This document shows, in pieces, positions 33,007 to 48,243 of a DNA stretch of 64,000 nt. The number at the start of each line of letters is the position of its first letter. Positions within the stretch are counted from its first letter, which is position 1. The notes beneath the pieces were generated by a model. That model did not search any database and was not told the origin of the DNA. It saw nothing but the letters and a program-made list of their open reading frames with translations. Source of the DNA: Eledone cirrhosa (lineage: Eukaryota); NCBI GenBank assembly GCA_964016885.1, contig OZ024750.1, forward strand, positions 20,832,001-20,896,000, given 5' to 3'. The position numbers were made by a program, and so were the translations under genes.

Positions 33007-34744
33007 TGCATACACACACACACATATATATATGTATTTCTTTCTTTATGTGTGTGTATAATGGAATATAAATTATACAAGATATATATAAAATTTCTGA
33101 AAATTCAATGAAATGAAAATTGAAGTTAAATTCGGACAAGTCATTAGTCGCTAAAATAACTTCGTTGCAAAATAAATTTTCTCATTTATCAAGACGATAA
33201 ATGTGAGATTTACTTAATTTTTTTGGTGTTGGTTGATATTTATTGTTGTCTGTTTGTGGATGATATTAACGTTGCTGAATTTGTTGACACTGTCTTTGAT
33301 TTTGATGAGATCTTTTTGTTGTTGACGTTGTTGCTGGCGATGATATTTATTCTTGCCCTTGTTAATGTTGTTGTTGTAATATACTTTCATTTGTTGATCG
33401 TGTTGAAGTTATTGACATTGCTATCCTTGTTTTTGTTGTCGTTTTTATTGCATTTGCGGTTACTATTGCGGTTGTCGTTCTTGTTGTTGTGATTGTCGCT
33501 TCTGGGTTTGTGGTCCTCGTCGTTCTTGTTGCTGCAGGTGTTCTTGCTGTTGCAGTTATTGTTGTTATTGTTGTTGTTGTTGCCATTGATGATGATGATT
33601 ATCTCCTGATCGATCCAGGAATAGTAGAATTATGACAAAAAACCGTAACGTAGGATCCAAAGGATAATTAATGTCGTTTGAGGTTTTCGAGAATTCAGTG
33701 TGGTTTGAAGAACATTTTAGTGATATTTGTCCGAGAACAAATGGTCCGATGTTTGTCACAAATTCATTCATTTAGATTGTGGCTGCATTTTTGTACAGGA
33801 TAACTTTGTTATTTCGATTTTCCTCCGGAACAATTCCTGATTCACTGCATTTCCAATGATGAGAATGATTGGACAGCGTTAAACAAATGTAGCGAACACA
33901 GCGGGGCTCCACGTTTAGTATCTGTGCTAGCGTGTTTAGCGTGTTGGCAAGTAGACGCCTGCCAGTGAGACATATGGCTATTTTCTGGATGGATTATTCA
34001 ATAAGCGAGCTCGTGGCATGACGTCCAAGTAGTCAGCTCTTTCATCGACCTAATAGCTGATGGCGACTACCAACATATTGATCGTATCTCAATGCAATAT
34101 ATCAGTATTCCATTCAAATTGCACACGTCACTGCGATTCACCTTATAAAGTAAATAAATATTATAGAAGCGACACATTTGATAATAATGGAAGCAAGCAT
34201 TTCTTATTACTTAAAGTTGTGACACTGTAGTATTATTTTTAGTTTGGTAGAATTTTAACTATTTTTATTACTATATTTTCCATCTTTTCATTCATCCGCT
34301 CACTTCATCTTCCTAGTAAATTTTTTCCCTACAATATGGAGAAGGAATTCTTTATGCTTTTAACACTTAATGACAAACAGAAAAAATAGGAGAAAATGTG
34401 GGAATAAAAAAATCTTACTTTCTAAAAGAAAAATGGTAAAAGATAACTTTGAGGTATTTCTAAAATGAATTACATGAAATGGTTCTTGCAAAGATCGATC
34501 AATCTACATACCATTATATATGAGTTCTTCCAATTGTTGCAATGTCTTTTATATATTTCACTTAATGTCTAATTTAAGGTGTGGAACATTAGGCAGTGGT
34601 ATGTAAAAAAGTAAAAGGTGGTTAAAACTGTGGAGCGAAAAAGAAATGAAATAATATTGATGTAGAACATTTCATAAAACAAGCATTAACGCAGTGGGGA
34701 CGAGGGGTTTTTCTTTTAAAAAAATGTATTTATTGATATTTCCT

Positions 34745-34793
34745 ACAACTACTACTTCTACATCTACTACAAGTGCTACTGCTGCTGCTGCTG

Positions 34794-34845
<52 letters not shown>
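34745..34845. repeat. (ACT)n/(GCT)n trinucleotide microsatellite
   Basis: Direct reading. Confidence 0.95.
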
Positions 34846-35205
34846 AATAGTTTCTTTTTTCTACAAAGAGCATGATGGATGAGAGGATATTTAATGAAAA
34901 ATTACAAAATGTGCGAGCGTTTTACAATGCATTTGGGAATATATGAAGTATTTCGGTATACCCAGCGTATAAATCGTAAAATATATCCACAGATGAGAAC
35001 ATCCATCAAGAGTCAATTGAGGAACTTATTGACCCTTGATATTTTTTACTACGTTTATGTACCTAATTATAGCTGGCATTTTCTGATGCCAAATCAATTA
35101 GCTCTGTCTGTGCAGTCCTCGCTCAAAAACGTTTCAACAAATTTACTGGAAACAAGCGTCTAAAACTCCCATCCCACTTGGTCATAATTTCCCGGGAAAA
35201 AGAGA

Positions 35206-35238
<33 letters not shown>

Positions 35239-35828
35239 CATAGCTATTTCATAGCGGTTAAAATAACGAGGATGCAGAATATGGACAATGAAAAAATCTT
35301 AAGCTGTAAGAGCGCTAGACACTGTAAGGCCTTTGGTTATAGAAGAATGATAAAAGGATAAATCGTGGTTGAAATAGATAGTTGTCCTAGAAATGCACAT
35401 AAACCATGAAACGTCATGTTATAGAGAGGAATTTCCCTCAGCAATAATAATATCACTGGATATTATGAGGCAGGATATAGAAAAAAGAAATGAAATTTAA
35501 AAAAAGGAAATGTACCTCTGAAAGAAACCGTAGGCGATGTTCCTGAAGAGAGTGAACTGACGAATACACATATAAAACATGGCAAGAAAATGCTATGTAT
35601 AAAACTACAAATATTATTCCTTGCAGTGATTCAGTGTCTACATAAAGAATTCGGTATGTGGGATATCTCGTTAGCAATCCTGAATCATACACGGTAGGTT
35701 ATATTTTACATATTTATGCGCACGATTAGCAAAATATTGTAACGCATATTACCATTTCTTCTATAGTATGTCACCCCGATTCCTTATTCCTTCACTCTGC
35801 TATCTCTCTTTCTGTGTCTCTCTCTGTT

Positions 35829-35899
<71 letters not shown>

Positions 35900-36040
35900 G
35901 TTTGTCTGTTTTCCTCGCTCACTCACATTATGAAAACATCTAGTTAAATGCAACTCCTTTTTCCCTTTGTGTACTTTTCTGCATACATTCATAACTACAT
36001 GCTTTATCTATTCATCTATTTATTTACTTGTTTATCATTG

Positions 36041-36084
<44 letters not shown>

Positions 36085-36302
36085 CGTATATTTTCAGTTA
36101 TATTTTTGCGGTCTGTAGCATGGTTGATTTCTCTACTTGTGCTACCGCTCGGAACGAGATGTGTGCAATAATAATGGATGAGCCCTGTAGCATTTCTGGT
36201 TAGAAGGAAAATTGCTAGGTTATTTTACTACCTTTATTAAGAAAATTTATGCACATTCAACTGAGAATAGAAGCAAAAATATATATATATACATGTTCAT
36301 AA

Positions 36303-36304
<2 letters not shown>

Positions 36305-36349
<45 letters not shown>

Positions 36350-36449
36350 ATAAACAGGTATATATATATTTATATATATATAAACAGGTATATATATATA
36401 TTTATATATATATATAAACAGGTAAATATATATATATATATAAATAAAC

Positions 36450-36507
<58 letters not shown>

Positions 36508-36510
36508 GTG

Positions 36511-36556
<46 letters not shown>

Positions 36557-36866
36557 GGTGTATATATATATATAAAAATAGGTGTGTATATATATATATA
36601 TAAAAATAGGTGTGTATATATATATATATATAAAATAGGTGTGTATATATATATATATATAAATAGGTGTGTATATATATATATATATAAATATGTATAT
36701 ATATATATAAATAGGTATATATATATATATATATATAAATATGTATATATATATATAAATAGGTATATATATATATATATATAAATATGTATATATATAT
36801 ATATAAATAGGTATATATATATAAATAGGTATATATATATATAAATAGGTATATATATATATAAAT

Positions 36867-36908
<42 letters not shown>
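36305..36908. repeat. AAA(T/C)AGG(TG)-(TA)n minisatellite derived from (AT)n
   Basis: AAATAGGT/AAACAGGT units recur between TA runs of variable length. Confidence 0.9.
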
Positions 36909-36910
<2 letters not shown>

Positions 36911-38323
36911 CTGTGTGTATATATCTATGTGCGTGTGTCTGTCAGACTGCACAAGGTTTGACATTTCTTTTTGTTCATTATTATGAATATTTCATATTTC
37001 ATTATTAGTCTTGTGATGAGCGCCATCTTGTTTCGAATTATAATTGGTTATCTCGAATTCCTTCTCTTCACACTTTCATTTCATATTCATCTTAAAGCAT
37101 TCACATTGAAATTGTTCAAGGACGGGTCAAATGCGGATATGCTGTTTGATTTCGTTCGGTCTCCTAGGAAACACTTTAAAGAACATCCGTAAACGTAATG
37201 CACAGACCTATAACCAACACCACACGCACACATTTAAATTTAGATGGGAGAAATTTAAGCAGACGTTTGCAATTTCACAACCTTTTTAATACTACATTTG
37301 AATGAAATATGATTGTCGTGAGTACATCTGGTAGCAAGTAGAAGGATATCAAATTGCACAGACATAACAGCTGAATATCACTTAAGAAAATAGTTGATGT
37401 AGTAAGAGATATTTTCACGTTTATGCAAGCAAGTTAAATAAAACTGTTCTTAATATTGTTCTGATTCCAAACAAAATTTAAAATACACAGATACATGCAA
37501 AGACCCCATACACACATGCAAACTCGTACATTCTAACACACACGAACACAGGCGAATTGCTTGAGACATCGAATATCAAATAAGTTGCTCAATATTTGTT
37601 TTGGCTTACTGCGCGATGGATTTCAAATCGTACTCATTGCCTCGAGTAACGTACGTTGATTCTATGACCAGCATACAGAACAATGGAATCATTGTCTCCT
37701 TGTTCCAATCTGATGATCTGGTCCCATCAACACACAAACATTACAGCTACAACTCAAAACATACAAATACACACTATAGGAAATAGTCATCTTATACCAG
37801 ATACTTGAAAGGTGATGAATTATACATGAATGGAAATTATTTGATAATACGGATATATTTTTTTTTTTAACGACTCCATTAGCCATAAAATCAATTGTCA
37901 TCATGTTGATTAACAGGAAAGTGTGCTATACATGCGTAAATATGAAATGATCTGGCCATAATATCATTGTACCATTACAATACATTGAAACATTTAAAAT
38001 TATTTCGTTGCCAAAATCCCATAGTTATGATTAACACATAGATTCATTGGTTAGTTAAACGGTTCATTTGATCTAGAGGAAGAAATAATTAGATATAACT
38101 AAAACACAACATACAGCAAATCGTTAGAAAACATTACTATATTAGTATACAGAGAACAGCATAGGTGATTATTACACACAATATTCTTAACGCCCATCCT
38201 ATTGCATATTTGGAAGGAAATTTATTTGTTTAGATATACAAGTGTATTTACGTCAGCTCCCTGGCAGATAATTAGCTAAACCGAAGCATTAATGAATAAT
38301 GGAATAAAAAATATATATATATA

Positions 38324-38373
<50 letters not shown>

Positions 38374-38709
38374 TAATGCCTGGCCCCAGGCAAATATTAT
38401 ACGCATATATACATGCAATTGATAGGCGGGATAGATATAGCCGTTTGACAATTATTACAACATAATTCTATGATGGTTGAATAATTCGTGGTTAGCCACA
38501 GTGTCGTATGTCTTCGTTAGAATTATTTCCCTACGATCATTTCAAAGACGGAACATATAAAAAGTACCGCATATATATAAAACTATATATAGATATACAT
38601 GTCTGTTCATATATATATATATAAACAAAATTTAAATTTGGTTTTTCGCTCTCACATGAAAGTATGTATGGATACATAAAAGCATTTGTGAGCTTTATAT
38701 CGAATATTA

Positions 38710-38808
38710 ATAATTGTTTCTACTTTAGGCACAAGGCCAGCAATTAACCAGTGCATTACTAGTACTTTATTTTATCGAGCCCGTAAGGATGAAAGGCAAA
38801 GTCAACCT
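38710..38808 (-). mobile_element. SINE family 1, 3' half
   Basis: Reverse complement of the central domain and tail. Confidence 0.85.
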
Positions 38809-39059
38809 AATAATAATATCCGATTCGTTTGCACGCATTACGCTCTATATTTTAGTCACATTAAGCTATATATTTTAGTCACATAATGCTATGTATTTTA
38901 ATCATATTACGCTATGTATTTTAGATCACTGCTGTCATAATTTTTTGTTCCAGCAGTGGCATATATATATATATATATATTATTATTATTACTATATATA
39001 TATATATATATGTATGTATATTACACTTACATATGTGAGTGTGGACATGTTTACATATG

Positions 39060-39148
<89 letters not shown>

Positions 39149-40150
39149 CACACACACATATATTTATTACTCTATGATTTTTTTTTCTCTTTTACCCATA
39201 ATTCATAATTATTATTAATTGGAGATGGGCCATTTCATTTTTCATTTTCATTGATATTAATATCGCTTAATTAAATCCCATTGCATTGAGATGGAATTCC
39301 TCTTTCGCGTGACCTGTACGTAAATGTGTTCCTGATTGCAGTTCATCCACATATTTGAAAATGATTGATCATAATGATTTTAGCTGGCTGAGTGCAATTA
39401 GTGGTTAATATATATTTCCTACTCGTTGTAATATCTCTCTAATTCCCCCCCATTAAATCTAATTCAGCTAAATTAAAAAAGTCATCTCCTATGAGTCGAA
39501 AGTCGCTATTCGTTTTCGTTATAACCACGAAATGCCCTCTTCACTCTCTCTCTCTCTCTTCCTCTCTCTTTCTCTGTCTCTCTCTCTCTCCCTCTACCCA
39601 CCTCTCTCTCTCTCTCCCTCTACCCACCTCTACTCACCTCTCTCTCTCTCTCTCGTTTCCTAATATTTTCAGTGACATTCAATTTGACCGTCTGTCTTTC
39701 TCCTCCGCCTGTATCTTTCCCTCTCTATATGTTTGTCAGTCTATATCTCTCTATCACACTTGATTGCACGCATGGTTGCCCTTATCTTGATTTTAATCTA
39801 ATTTTCAATAGGTGGTTCCTTCAATCAAATGCTTCCATCTATTTATTTGGTGGTGAAACATTCTTTTTCATGAAGGGTTTCTTTAGAGTATATCATAATT
39901 CTAAATACATTTTAAATTAATAATTATATTCAAAGCTGGTTCACTTTCAAAAACATTTTTGAAATTGAAAGATAGTCACCACATTACAGATAATTTTAAT
40001 AATAAACATTAAATGATTGTTGATTTAATGCATATAAGAACGTTTGGAGACTGACACATTGTTTTATTTTTTCATCTTCATATATTATTTTAACCGATAT
40101 ATTTAAATGTGGATATGACACATCTGCATAAAATCGTGTATATATTTGTA

Positions 40151-40241
<91 letters not shown>

Positions 40242-40307
40242 TGTGTGTGTGTGTGTGTGTACAAATATATACATGATTGTATGCATGTATGTAAGTATGA
40301 ATGTATG

Positions 40308-40341
<34 letters not shown>

Positions 40342-40535
40342 AATTGGTAGTAGCACGAATAGAAATGTATGATTAGCCTCACCTCACTGCCGAAGATAAA
40401 TATTTGTTGGAAAAGAAATGAAAACAAAATATTTTTCTCTATTTTCATCTATGCATATATCATAGAGTTGCCATTATATGAATACATACATATGCATTCA
40501 TATATATGTATTCATCTATATATATACATATATAT

Positions 40536-40570
<35 letters not shown>

Positions 40571-40573
40571 TTT

Positions 40574-40642
40574 ATTAAAATAACAGATTAAAGTTTAAGC
40601 AAAGAATCGCTGCTTTCACCCTTAATGGGATCTTCTGAAACT
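40574..40642 (-). ncRNA. Dispersed repeat with degenerate type I hammerhead motif (family D; HHR at 40592-40642)
   Basis: AGTTT-CAGAAGA-TCCC(attaa)GGGT-GAA-AGCA(gcgattctt)TGCT-T-AAACT; U4->A substitution; homologous copies at about 8506-8558 (+) and 45458-45527 (-). Confidence 0.6.
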
Positions 40643-40664
40643 ATGTTTGTGTGTGTGTGTGTAA

Positions 40665-40734
<70 letters not shown>

Positions 40735-41193
40735 TCATATATAATCGTGCCAATGTAGATGACTATTGAGTAAATAGGGTAAGTTACTGATGGAAAAGTA
40801 AGGAACGGCTGAGCGTTGTCTCAGTGAGCATCGTCTTATTTATCCCGACTATACCTGCACTGTGACGATCATCATTCTACATTTCACACATCCCTATGGT
40901 TAGTAAATCAACCAATTCTGTTTACACACACACTTACATAGTTCTAATAGGTGTGTAATACTATAATATGAGATGCTACGATGCTGTAATTGTGAAATGG
41001 TGCAGTACAGTGCAGCCATTAGATGCAATTGCTCATGAATGAAATATAGATGTGCCACTGCACGCTGCTTATTTCACGGTTTACCAAATAAACAATTCTG
41101 GTGATTGAATTCAGTATTGATCTTTGATCAGATATGTGACTGCGTGTATATATTATGTATGTATACATACATATATATGAATATATATATTGT

Positions 41194-41224
<31 letters not shown>

Positions 41225-41228
41225 ATTG

Positions 41229-41272
<44 letters not shown>

Positions 41273-41405
41273 ATATATATTGTTATATATATTGTTATAT
41301 ATGTATATATATATATATATTGTTATATATATTGTTATATATGTATATATATATATTGTTATATATGTATATATATATATATATATATTGTTATATATAT
41401 TGTTA

Positions 41406-41468
<63 letters not shown>

Positions 41469-41908
41469 ATTGTTATATATATACGAATCCGACCACGCAC
41501 ACCAACATATATATATATGCATACATTCCTGGACGTAAACATATATATATGAAATAGGTAGCTAGGTTTGGAGATAGATACATAAGTATGTAGGTAACTT
41601 AATCTTCCGTTGTTATCGCCGATTAGACATTCCTCAAGTACTTCGAGCAATGACGTGACAAAATACTTATACTTTATATTTGACATAAACCTGTATTGAA
41701 CAAGATATTCCAACGGAGTATAGGTCTGACACGCTACACCTCAACTGCTAGTTATTTATATTACATTTGCACTTCACATAATTGCCTTTGAAAATACGTG
41801 GAAATTGTAACAACTCTTGGACTAAAATTCCGCTTGGTGAAAAACAACCAGGGTATATTATTATTGGGTACTGAAATGCTAAACAACCAACCGACTAAGC
41901 TCGGTGTA

Positions 41909-41974
<66 letters not shown>

Positions 41975-41978
<4 letters not shown>

Positions 41979-42177
41979 CAAAGAGGGTGTGGTAAGATAA
42001 CAGGTGGACCATAACGCACGAGTGTACTCAAGAGTACTCAATACTTAGGGTAGTAGAGTGGGAAATAGGAAAAGAGTCAGGACTCCGAAGGCTGAGCTCA
42101 GACCTGAGCTCAGCCTTCGGAGTCCTGACTCCGTGCGTTATGGTCCACCTGTTATCTTACCACACCCTCTTTGTTAT
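41975..42177. mobile_element. Fold-back/MITE-like element in (TA)n: perfect 46-bp terminal inverted repeats plus a perfect 28-bp internal inverted repeat
   Basis: 41975-42020 is the reverse complement of 42132-42177; 42074-42101 is the reverse complement of 42104-42131. Confidence 0.9.
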
Positions 42178-42206
42178 ATATATATATATTTATATATATA
42201 TATATT

Positions 42207-42237
<31 letters not shown>

Positions 42238-42240
42238 ATT

Positions 42241-42392
42241 CTATTCTAAGGCGGGTAAAATTCCCGAGATCCATGGACGAGTTCTCTCCAGCGGTCTCTG
42301 TCCCTCATTATCGCTGCCATGTCCTGCGTCTCCAATAGACCAGTGTCTGTCCTTGGGGCATCAACATACGTTAACCTTGGTCTTCCTCTTCT
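42241..42392 (-). pseudogene. Extreme 3' end of an RTE-clade LINE (5'-truncated)
   Basis: Open frame 42392-42246: RRGRPRLTYVDAPRTDTGLLETQDMAAIMRDRDRWRELVHGSREFYPP*, a typical RTE C-terminus (RGRP...D..DR..WR); the stop is followed almost at once by (TA)n. Confidence 0.78.
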
Positions 42393-43239
42393 AGTGTATG
42401 TATGTATTTATATCTGTATATGTATGTATGTGTGTATATATTAACAAACCTATAACCTATGTATGTACAATTATGAGTATATATGTATATATAAATACAT
42501 TGAGAGGGGTGTATGAGCTCCAGTATGTGTGCTTGCTTGTGTGACCGATTGATTGAAACTGCAATATAACTAGCTTTGTGATCAAACGTTTGAATATGGC
42601 TTTTGGCATATACTTCCATAACTAAGCAGATGAAGATTATTGACGTGTGCAGTTATCGATATATTGATCAATATACCATTCAGACGCAAAATCCGATATT
42701 TAATTGGTTCGTTAGTTGATTGGCGAACGCATTTGAAGGGGAGATAAATAGAAATACAGACATACACAAACGTATGTACGTACACACTTACGTACGTACT
42801 TATGTATGTATGTGTGTGTGTATGTATGTATGTATGTATGTATGTATGTATGTATGTGTGCATGTATGTGCGCAATGTGTGTGTATGTGTGTGTGTATGT
42901 GTGTGTGTATGTATGTGTATATGTGTGTTTGTATGTATGTGTGTATGTATAGAGATAGATAGAGAAATAGATTGATGCGACAACGAAAGCGAGACAAGTA
43001 AGAAAAAAATTCCAAACAAATATATAAAATGTTATCACATATTTCGATAATTTCATATTTTAGCCAATTGAGGATTATATAAAAAATGATATTAAAAAAA
43101 AAAAAAACAGAACTGCAAAGCATAACTTATGTATATCTCTATTTCGTGTTATTAATGGCGCTGTAGTTGAGGCATTAAGTTTATGGCTTATTGCATATCG
43201 TAGTAACCTTAGATATCACACACTATCGCTGACATTATG

Positions 43240-43342
<103 letters not shown>

Positions 43343-43596
43343 TGAGAGAGAGAGAGAGAGAGAGATAGATATAGAATATATGTAGTACGCAGACGGGGGC
43401 GAACACTAATCATGTGAGAACTCAATGCATGTGCAGTGAATAGTGAATATAGAGAGATATGTGGAAACACCCGCGGTCGAAATTCTACATATTTGTCATT
43501 CTATTAAGCTCTCTCTCACTCTATCTGTCTCTCTCTAAAGACATTTTTTCCACTTCCCCTACGCCCGTCCCTCAATCTATCTTATTTCTCATCCCT

Positions 43597-43715
43597 TCTT
43601 CTGATTAAGGACTAGAGCCCGAAACGTTAAGACCCTGTTCCTGTTACTTCAAGCGTTAACCAAATATATTCCTTCCATATACTATACCGACTGTGTTGTT
43701 ATTTCTGTTTACCTT
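43597..43715 (+). mobile_element. Penelope-like terminal repeat fragment with minimal hammerhead (family A; HHR at 43597-43632)
   Basis: TCTT-CTGATTA-A-GGAC(taga)GCCC-GAA-ACGT-T-AAGA (G8->U); downstream sequence homologous to the reverse complement of 23270-23352; ends near (TA)n/(TG)n. Confidence 0.7.
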
Positions 43716-43725
43716 TTAGATATAA

Positions 43726-43781
<56 letters not shown>

Positions 43782-43971
43782 CTATGCATGTATGTATATT
43801 GGTTTTCCGAAGATCAACAGGAAAAACGGCATTTAATTATATTACTCAATTTATGACGTAGACAGCCCACATGATTTTTCACAAAGAAATGAGTTTTATT
43901 CGACTAGATTTGTTTCACTCGATTGCAGTCATTAAAAACACTGATTGATTCAACCGAAGGTACCACTTCTA

Positions 43972-43972
<1 letters not shown>

Positions 43973-44037
<65 letters not shown>

Positions 44038-44151
44038 GCACACGCGCACACGCACGCACGCAACGCAACGCAACGCAACACAACACAACACAACACAACA
44101 CAACACAACACAACACAACACAACACAACACAACACAACACAACACAACAC

Positions 44152-44183
<32 letters not shown>
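43973..44183. repeat. Compound (CA)n-(CGCAA)n-(CAACA)n-(CA)n microsatellite
   Basis: Direct reading. Confidence 0.95.
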
Positions 44184-44186
<3 letters not shown>

Positions 44187-45432
44187 TTATATGTATATTT
44201 ATATACATATAAATCTTGTTTTTGTCAGCAAAAATCTTGTTTTGAAATTGTGTTGAAACCTATTTTGTTATATTTGGTAATGGCCATTTTGCCATTTGAA
44301 AACACATAATATATAACTTTCATTTATCTTTATTCTTCCGTGAAAGTTTTTTCATCACACAATATTGTGGCCTCCTCAATAACTATCAATTTTTGTGCTT
44401 GTTCTTTTTCTTTTGTCTTTCTTTTCTATTTCATTTTATCGTTATTTGTCTACAACGAGAATGCCTTTTTAATTTGAAGAAACGTTTCAAAAATTGTGTT
44501 ACATGTAGTTGAAGTATCTCTTCATTTATTTACTTGTAAATAGCTGAATTTTCTTCAGAAAAATGTAAAATGTATAGCCAATTTGTTCCTTTGAATAATA
44601 GACAAAATCCACCAAAGATCTCTTCATAGAGATCTTATTTACCCAGTTTCTCTCAGAATGCCTAGTTCAAACCGAGATATTCGTATAGACGTATAGAATA
44701 ATTTGCCAGGGATGACATGCATTTGTATAGTCCCTGGTAGCTCATCGCTGTGAGTTAATCCCTTTAATCACCCAACAGTGCATGTGTATATGTATGCTGT
44801 TACGTTTTAATTCGTTCATATTTTAAATCAAATCCCGCGAAACTTTGCCCTTTTCAGGACAAACGTTTTCTGTGTAATGTGTCATGTGGTTAATATATAT
44901 ATTCTTATGTACAGACCGTTGACAAAACTGTTATATGAAAGAAGTAGCTATGCTAGAGTCTCTTGCGTCGTGGTGGACTCACTCCATTACTTATTAGAAT
45001 TAGATGAGGTAGAGACAATGAAAACAATAACAAACATATAACTAGTAATCAAATGTCCTTTGAAGTCAATGATGAATTTGATGAATGAAAGAAAGATAGA
45101 CATAGAACAACATTCGTTGAAAATGTTCACTGTATAGTTTGCGGGAACTTTTAATTAGACTTCGTTCAATTTTTAATTATTTATTTTTAACCTTTAATTA
45201 ATTATGTTTTAATAACTTACGCATAATTGACGATGAAGATATACCATTAATGATCAAAGAAAATAGCATTAAACTACTTCCACATAGGGAAATACATACA
45301 GCTACAAAGATAGATCGCATCAAGCAGACTAAACGGCGGGAAATACATCTTGTAAGTCAACTTGAAATCTAAATAGACGTCCATCGGCTGGGACGATGAG
45401 TGATAAATTTGTAAGATAAACAGTGCCGCCTG

Positions 45433-45464
<32 letters not shown>

Positions 45465-45584
45465 TAACAGATTAAAGTTTAAGCAAAGAATCGCTGCTTT
45501 AACCCTTAACGGGATATTCTTAAACTTATATATTTGATATATATTTATCCTTATCGAGCCCTCTATGGATTTTAGTCTTCAAAT

Positions 45585-45660
<76 letters not shown>

Positions 45661-45712
45661 ATATCTATATATATATATATAAATATCCATATATGTATAT
45701 TCATATATATAT

Positions 45713-45792
<80 letters not shown>

Positions 45793-46053
45793 ATATATAT
45801 ATATAATTTATATATGGATATATATATGGATATATATATATATACATTTACATATATATATAAACATATGTATGTACATATATATATATATATGTATTAT
45901 ATATATATATATATATATATGTGTATATACACATATATATATATATACATATACACATATATATACACATACATATATATATATATACACACAGACACAT
46001 AGAATCGGGTCCAATCGATACAGATCGAATTTTGATGTGTGTGTGTGTGTGTG

Positions 46054-46129
<76 letters not shown>

Positions 46130-47331
46130 TACATATGTATACTCACACACCTATATATATATATATATATATATTTATATTAAAATACAAATATTAATAA
46201 AATAGATGCTCTTTTGAACAATTAAATTTTGTTATACATATTTCACAGGTACAACAGTACGTCCTCATCAGATAAAATATAATGATACATGACATACCCT
46301 GAAATGTTAAATGGTTAAGATTTAATCAAGGTAGTGATTAACCTAAGAGAAAACTCAACATTTATACCCTAATAATGAGAAAATGAGAAAACGTAATAAA
46401 TTCAATAGAGGATGTATCATTAAGAAATATGTTGCTTAATGTGACAGCTATGGAGATTTCAAAATGCGGGATACTACAAATGGAGATTATCTAGGAAAAC
46501 GTCTCTTGAGCTATAATAGTTTATGAAGGCAACTGATAGAAGATTTAAAGAGAGGGAGAGATAAAGGGGAGTAATATATGCAGAAAAAATAAATTTTGCC
46601 TTAAAGGCTAAACGGTTAAGTTTCAAAATATTTAATTTATGTTATTTTAAGGGCGAAGAATCAAAATTTTAAGTGTTTTAAAAGTTGATGGTTATTTATA
46701 TTTATTAATTTTATAAATTCTATAAATGTGTTAACATTTCTAAAATTCTGAAATTTATGAAGACAAAATTTAAAGGATTTACTTGGCCAGCGAAAGGAAA
46801 ATTTACACTGTTGAATATTTTCCGAATGTAATCTTTAACGAAAACTACCTATAAGAATGTCAACATTTTCGGTATGTAAAGCTGATGTAGTACTTATTGT
46901 TAGAAACATGTAAACATTTATTTTCAAGTAGTTAGTGTAATGATTAACGCAGAGTTTTCAGCCACTTATATATATATATATTTGTTTGGAATTATGGTAA
47001 TAAATTAATATTTGTTATATTATATTAAATCTCTCTATAAGTTCTACCTTCATGAGAGGAATAAACTCTAAATAATAAATATGCTATTGTACAATATATC
47101 TATATTTGCACCAACTATATCTTTGCACAAACTATATATAGCGTTAAACCAAAACGGTAATTATGTTATTATACACTATAGATATATAGGCAAAAAAAAT
47201 TCAAAAGCTGAGATATACGTAGCTAATTTTAATATTAATAACTCTGGAAAATTATTTTATTTTTCAGCAAAGTGCTTCCAATCTACTGTAAAACTCATTC
47301 TTTGATGTACTCATTGAATCTTGTTTAACTA

Positions 47332-47391
<60 letters not shown>

Positions 47392-47540
47392 TTATAAGAA
47401 GAAGTACGGACGAGGTGTCAAATTTTCATTACCTTTATTTAGGTGTGTCGGGTCTTTCGCTTTTGATCACCTCAAAATTTCATCTGTATCGATTGGACCC
47501 GACTCTGGCCTCAAAGGCTCATCAGACCTCTGCTAGAGCA

Positions 47541-47576
<36 letters not shown>

Positions 47577-48243
47577 TAGCGTATAATTTAGGCGGTTTCC
47601 CTGTTCAAAACCACCACCTAAATTATTGGAAGCACAAGATGCCTCCTTGCATTCTTCTAACCAGCAATCCTTACTCTTATTAAGCAAATAATAATTTCCA
47701 AACTAGATATACCAATTCTAGTTTAAGTTGTCAATAACATAGAACCAAGTATATGACATAGAACTTGAAAGGTAAATTTTTTTCTCGGTGGTCAGATTTT
47801 GAAAACACAAAGAAAGAGCCGCAATAAATACTGTAAAACATTTTGTCTAACGCTCTAGAGATACTCCCTATATCCACGCCATTTTTATTAAACACCATAC
47901 CGCCATGCTTAAGTCTATCATCAATTAACAGAAAGAAGAATGACACTATTGTAAAACAAAACATTGTTTAGCAATAATATGTATTTTAAAAGACATGATA
48001 TCATGCGGCATATATTTAGAAGGGAAAGAACAGTAAAACAATTTCATGCGGTATTTTTCACTGAATAAATAAGGCGTTTTCTCTCACATTGTATATATAT
48101 TACGAGCTATTGCTAAACAACACACGAATATCTGATACAATATATTATTTCCAATTCCGCAGCAAAAAAACATCCGTATATCGATAATAGATTGTTGTTG
48201 GGACGATTATTTAACACATGGGGAATATTATTACTGGCACGAC

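Noticed and set aside
33223-33600. Hydrophobic and Thr-rich ORFs on both strands (also Asp-rich 7772-8167)
   Set aside because: Degenerate (GTT)n/(CAT)n low-complexity sequence, with no splice or domain support
46229-46276. Minus-strand CTGATGA-GGACGTAC(tgtt)GTACCTGT-GAAATATGT
   Set aside because: The base of helix II and the NUH/helix I register do not fit; at best a heavily decayed HHR
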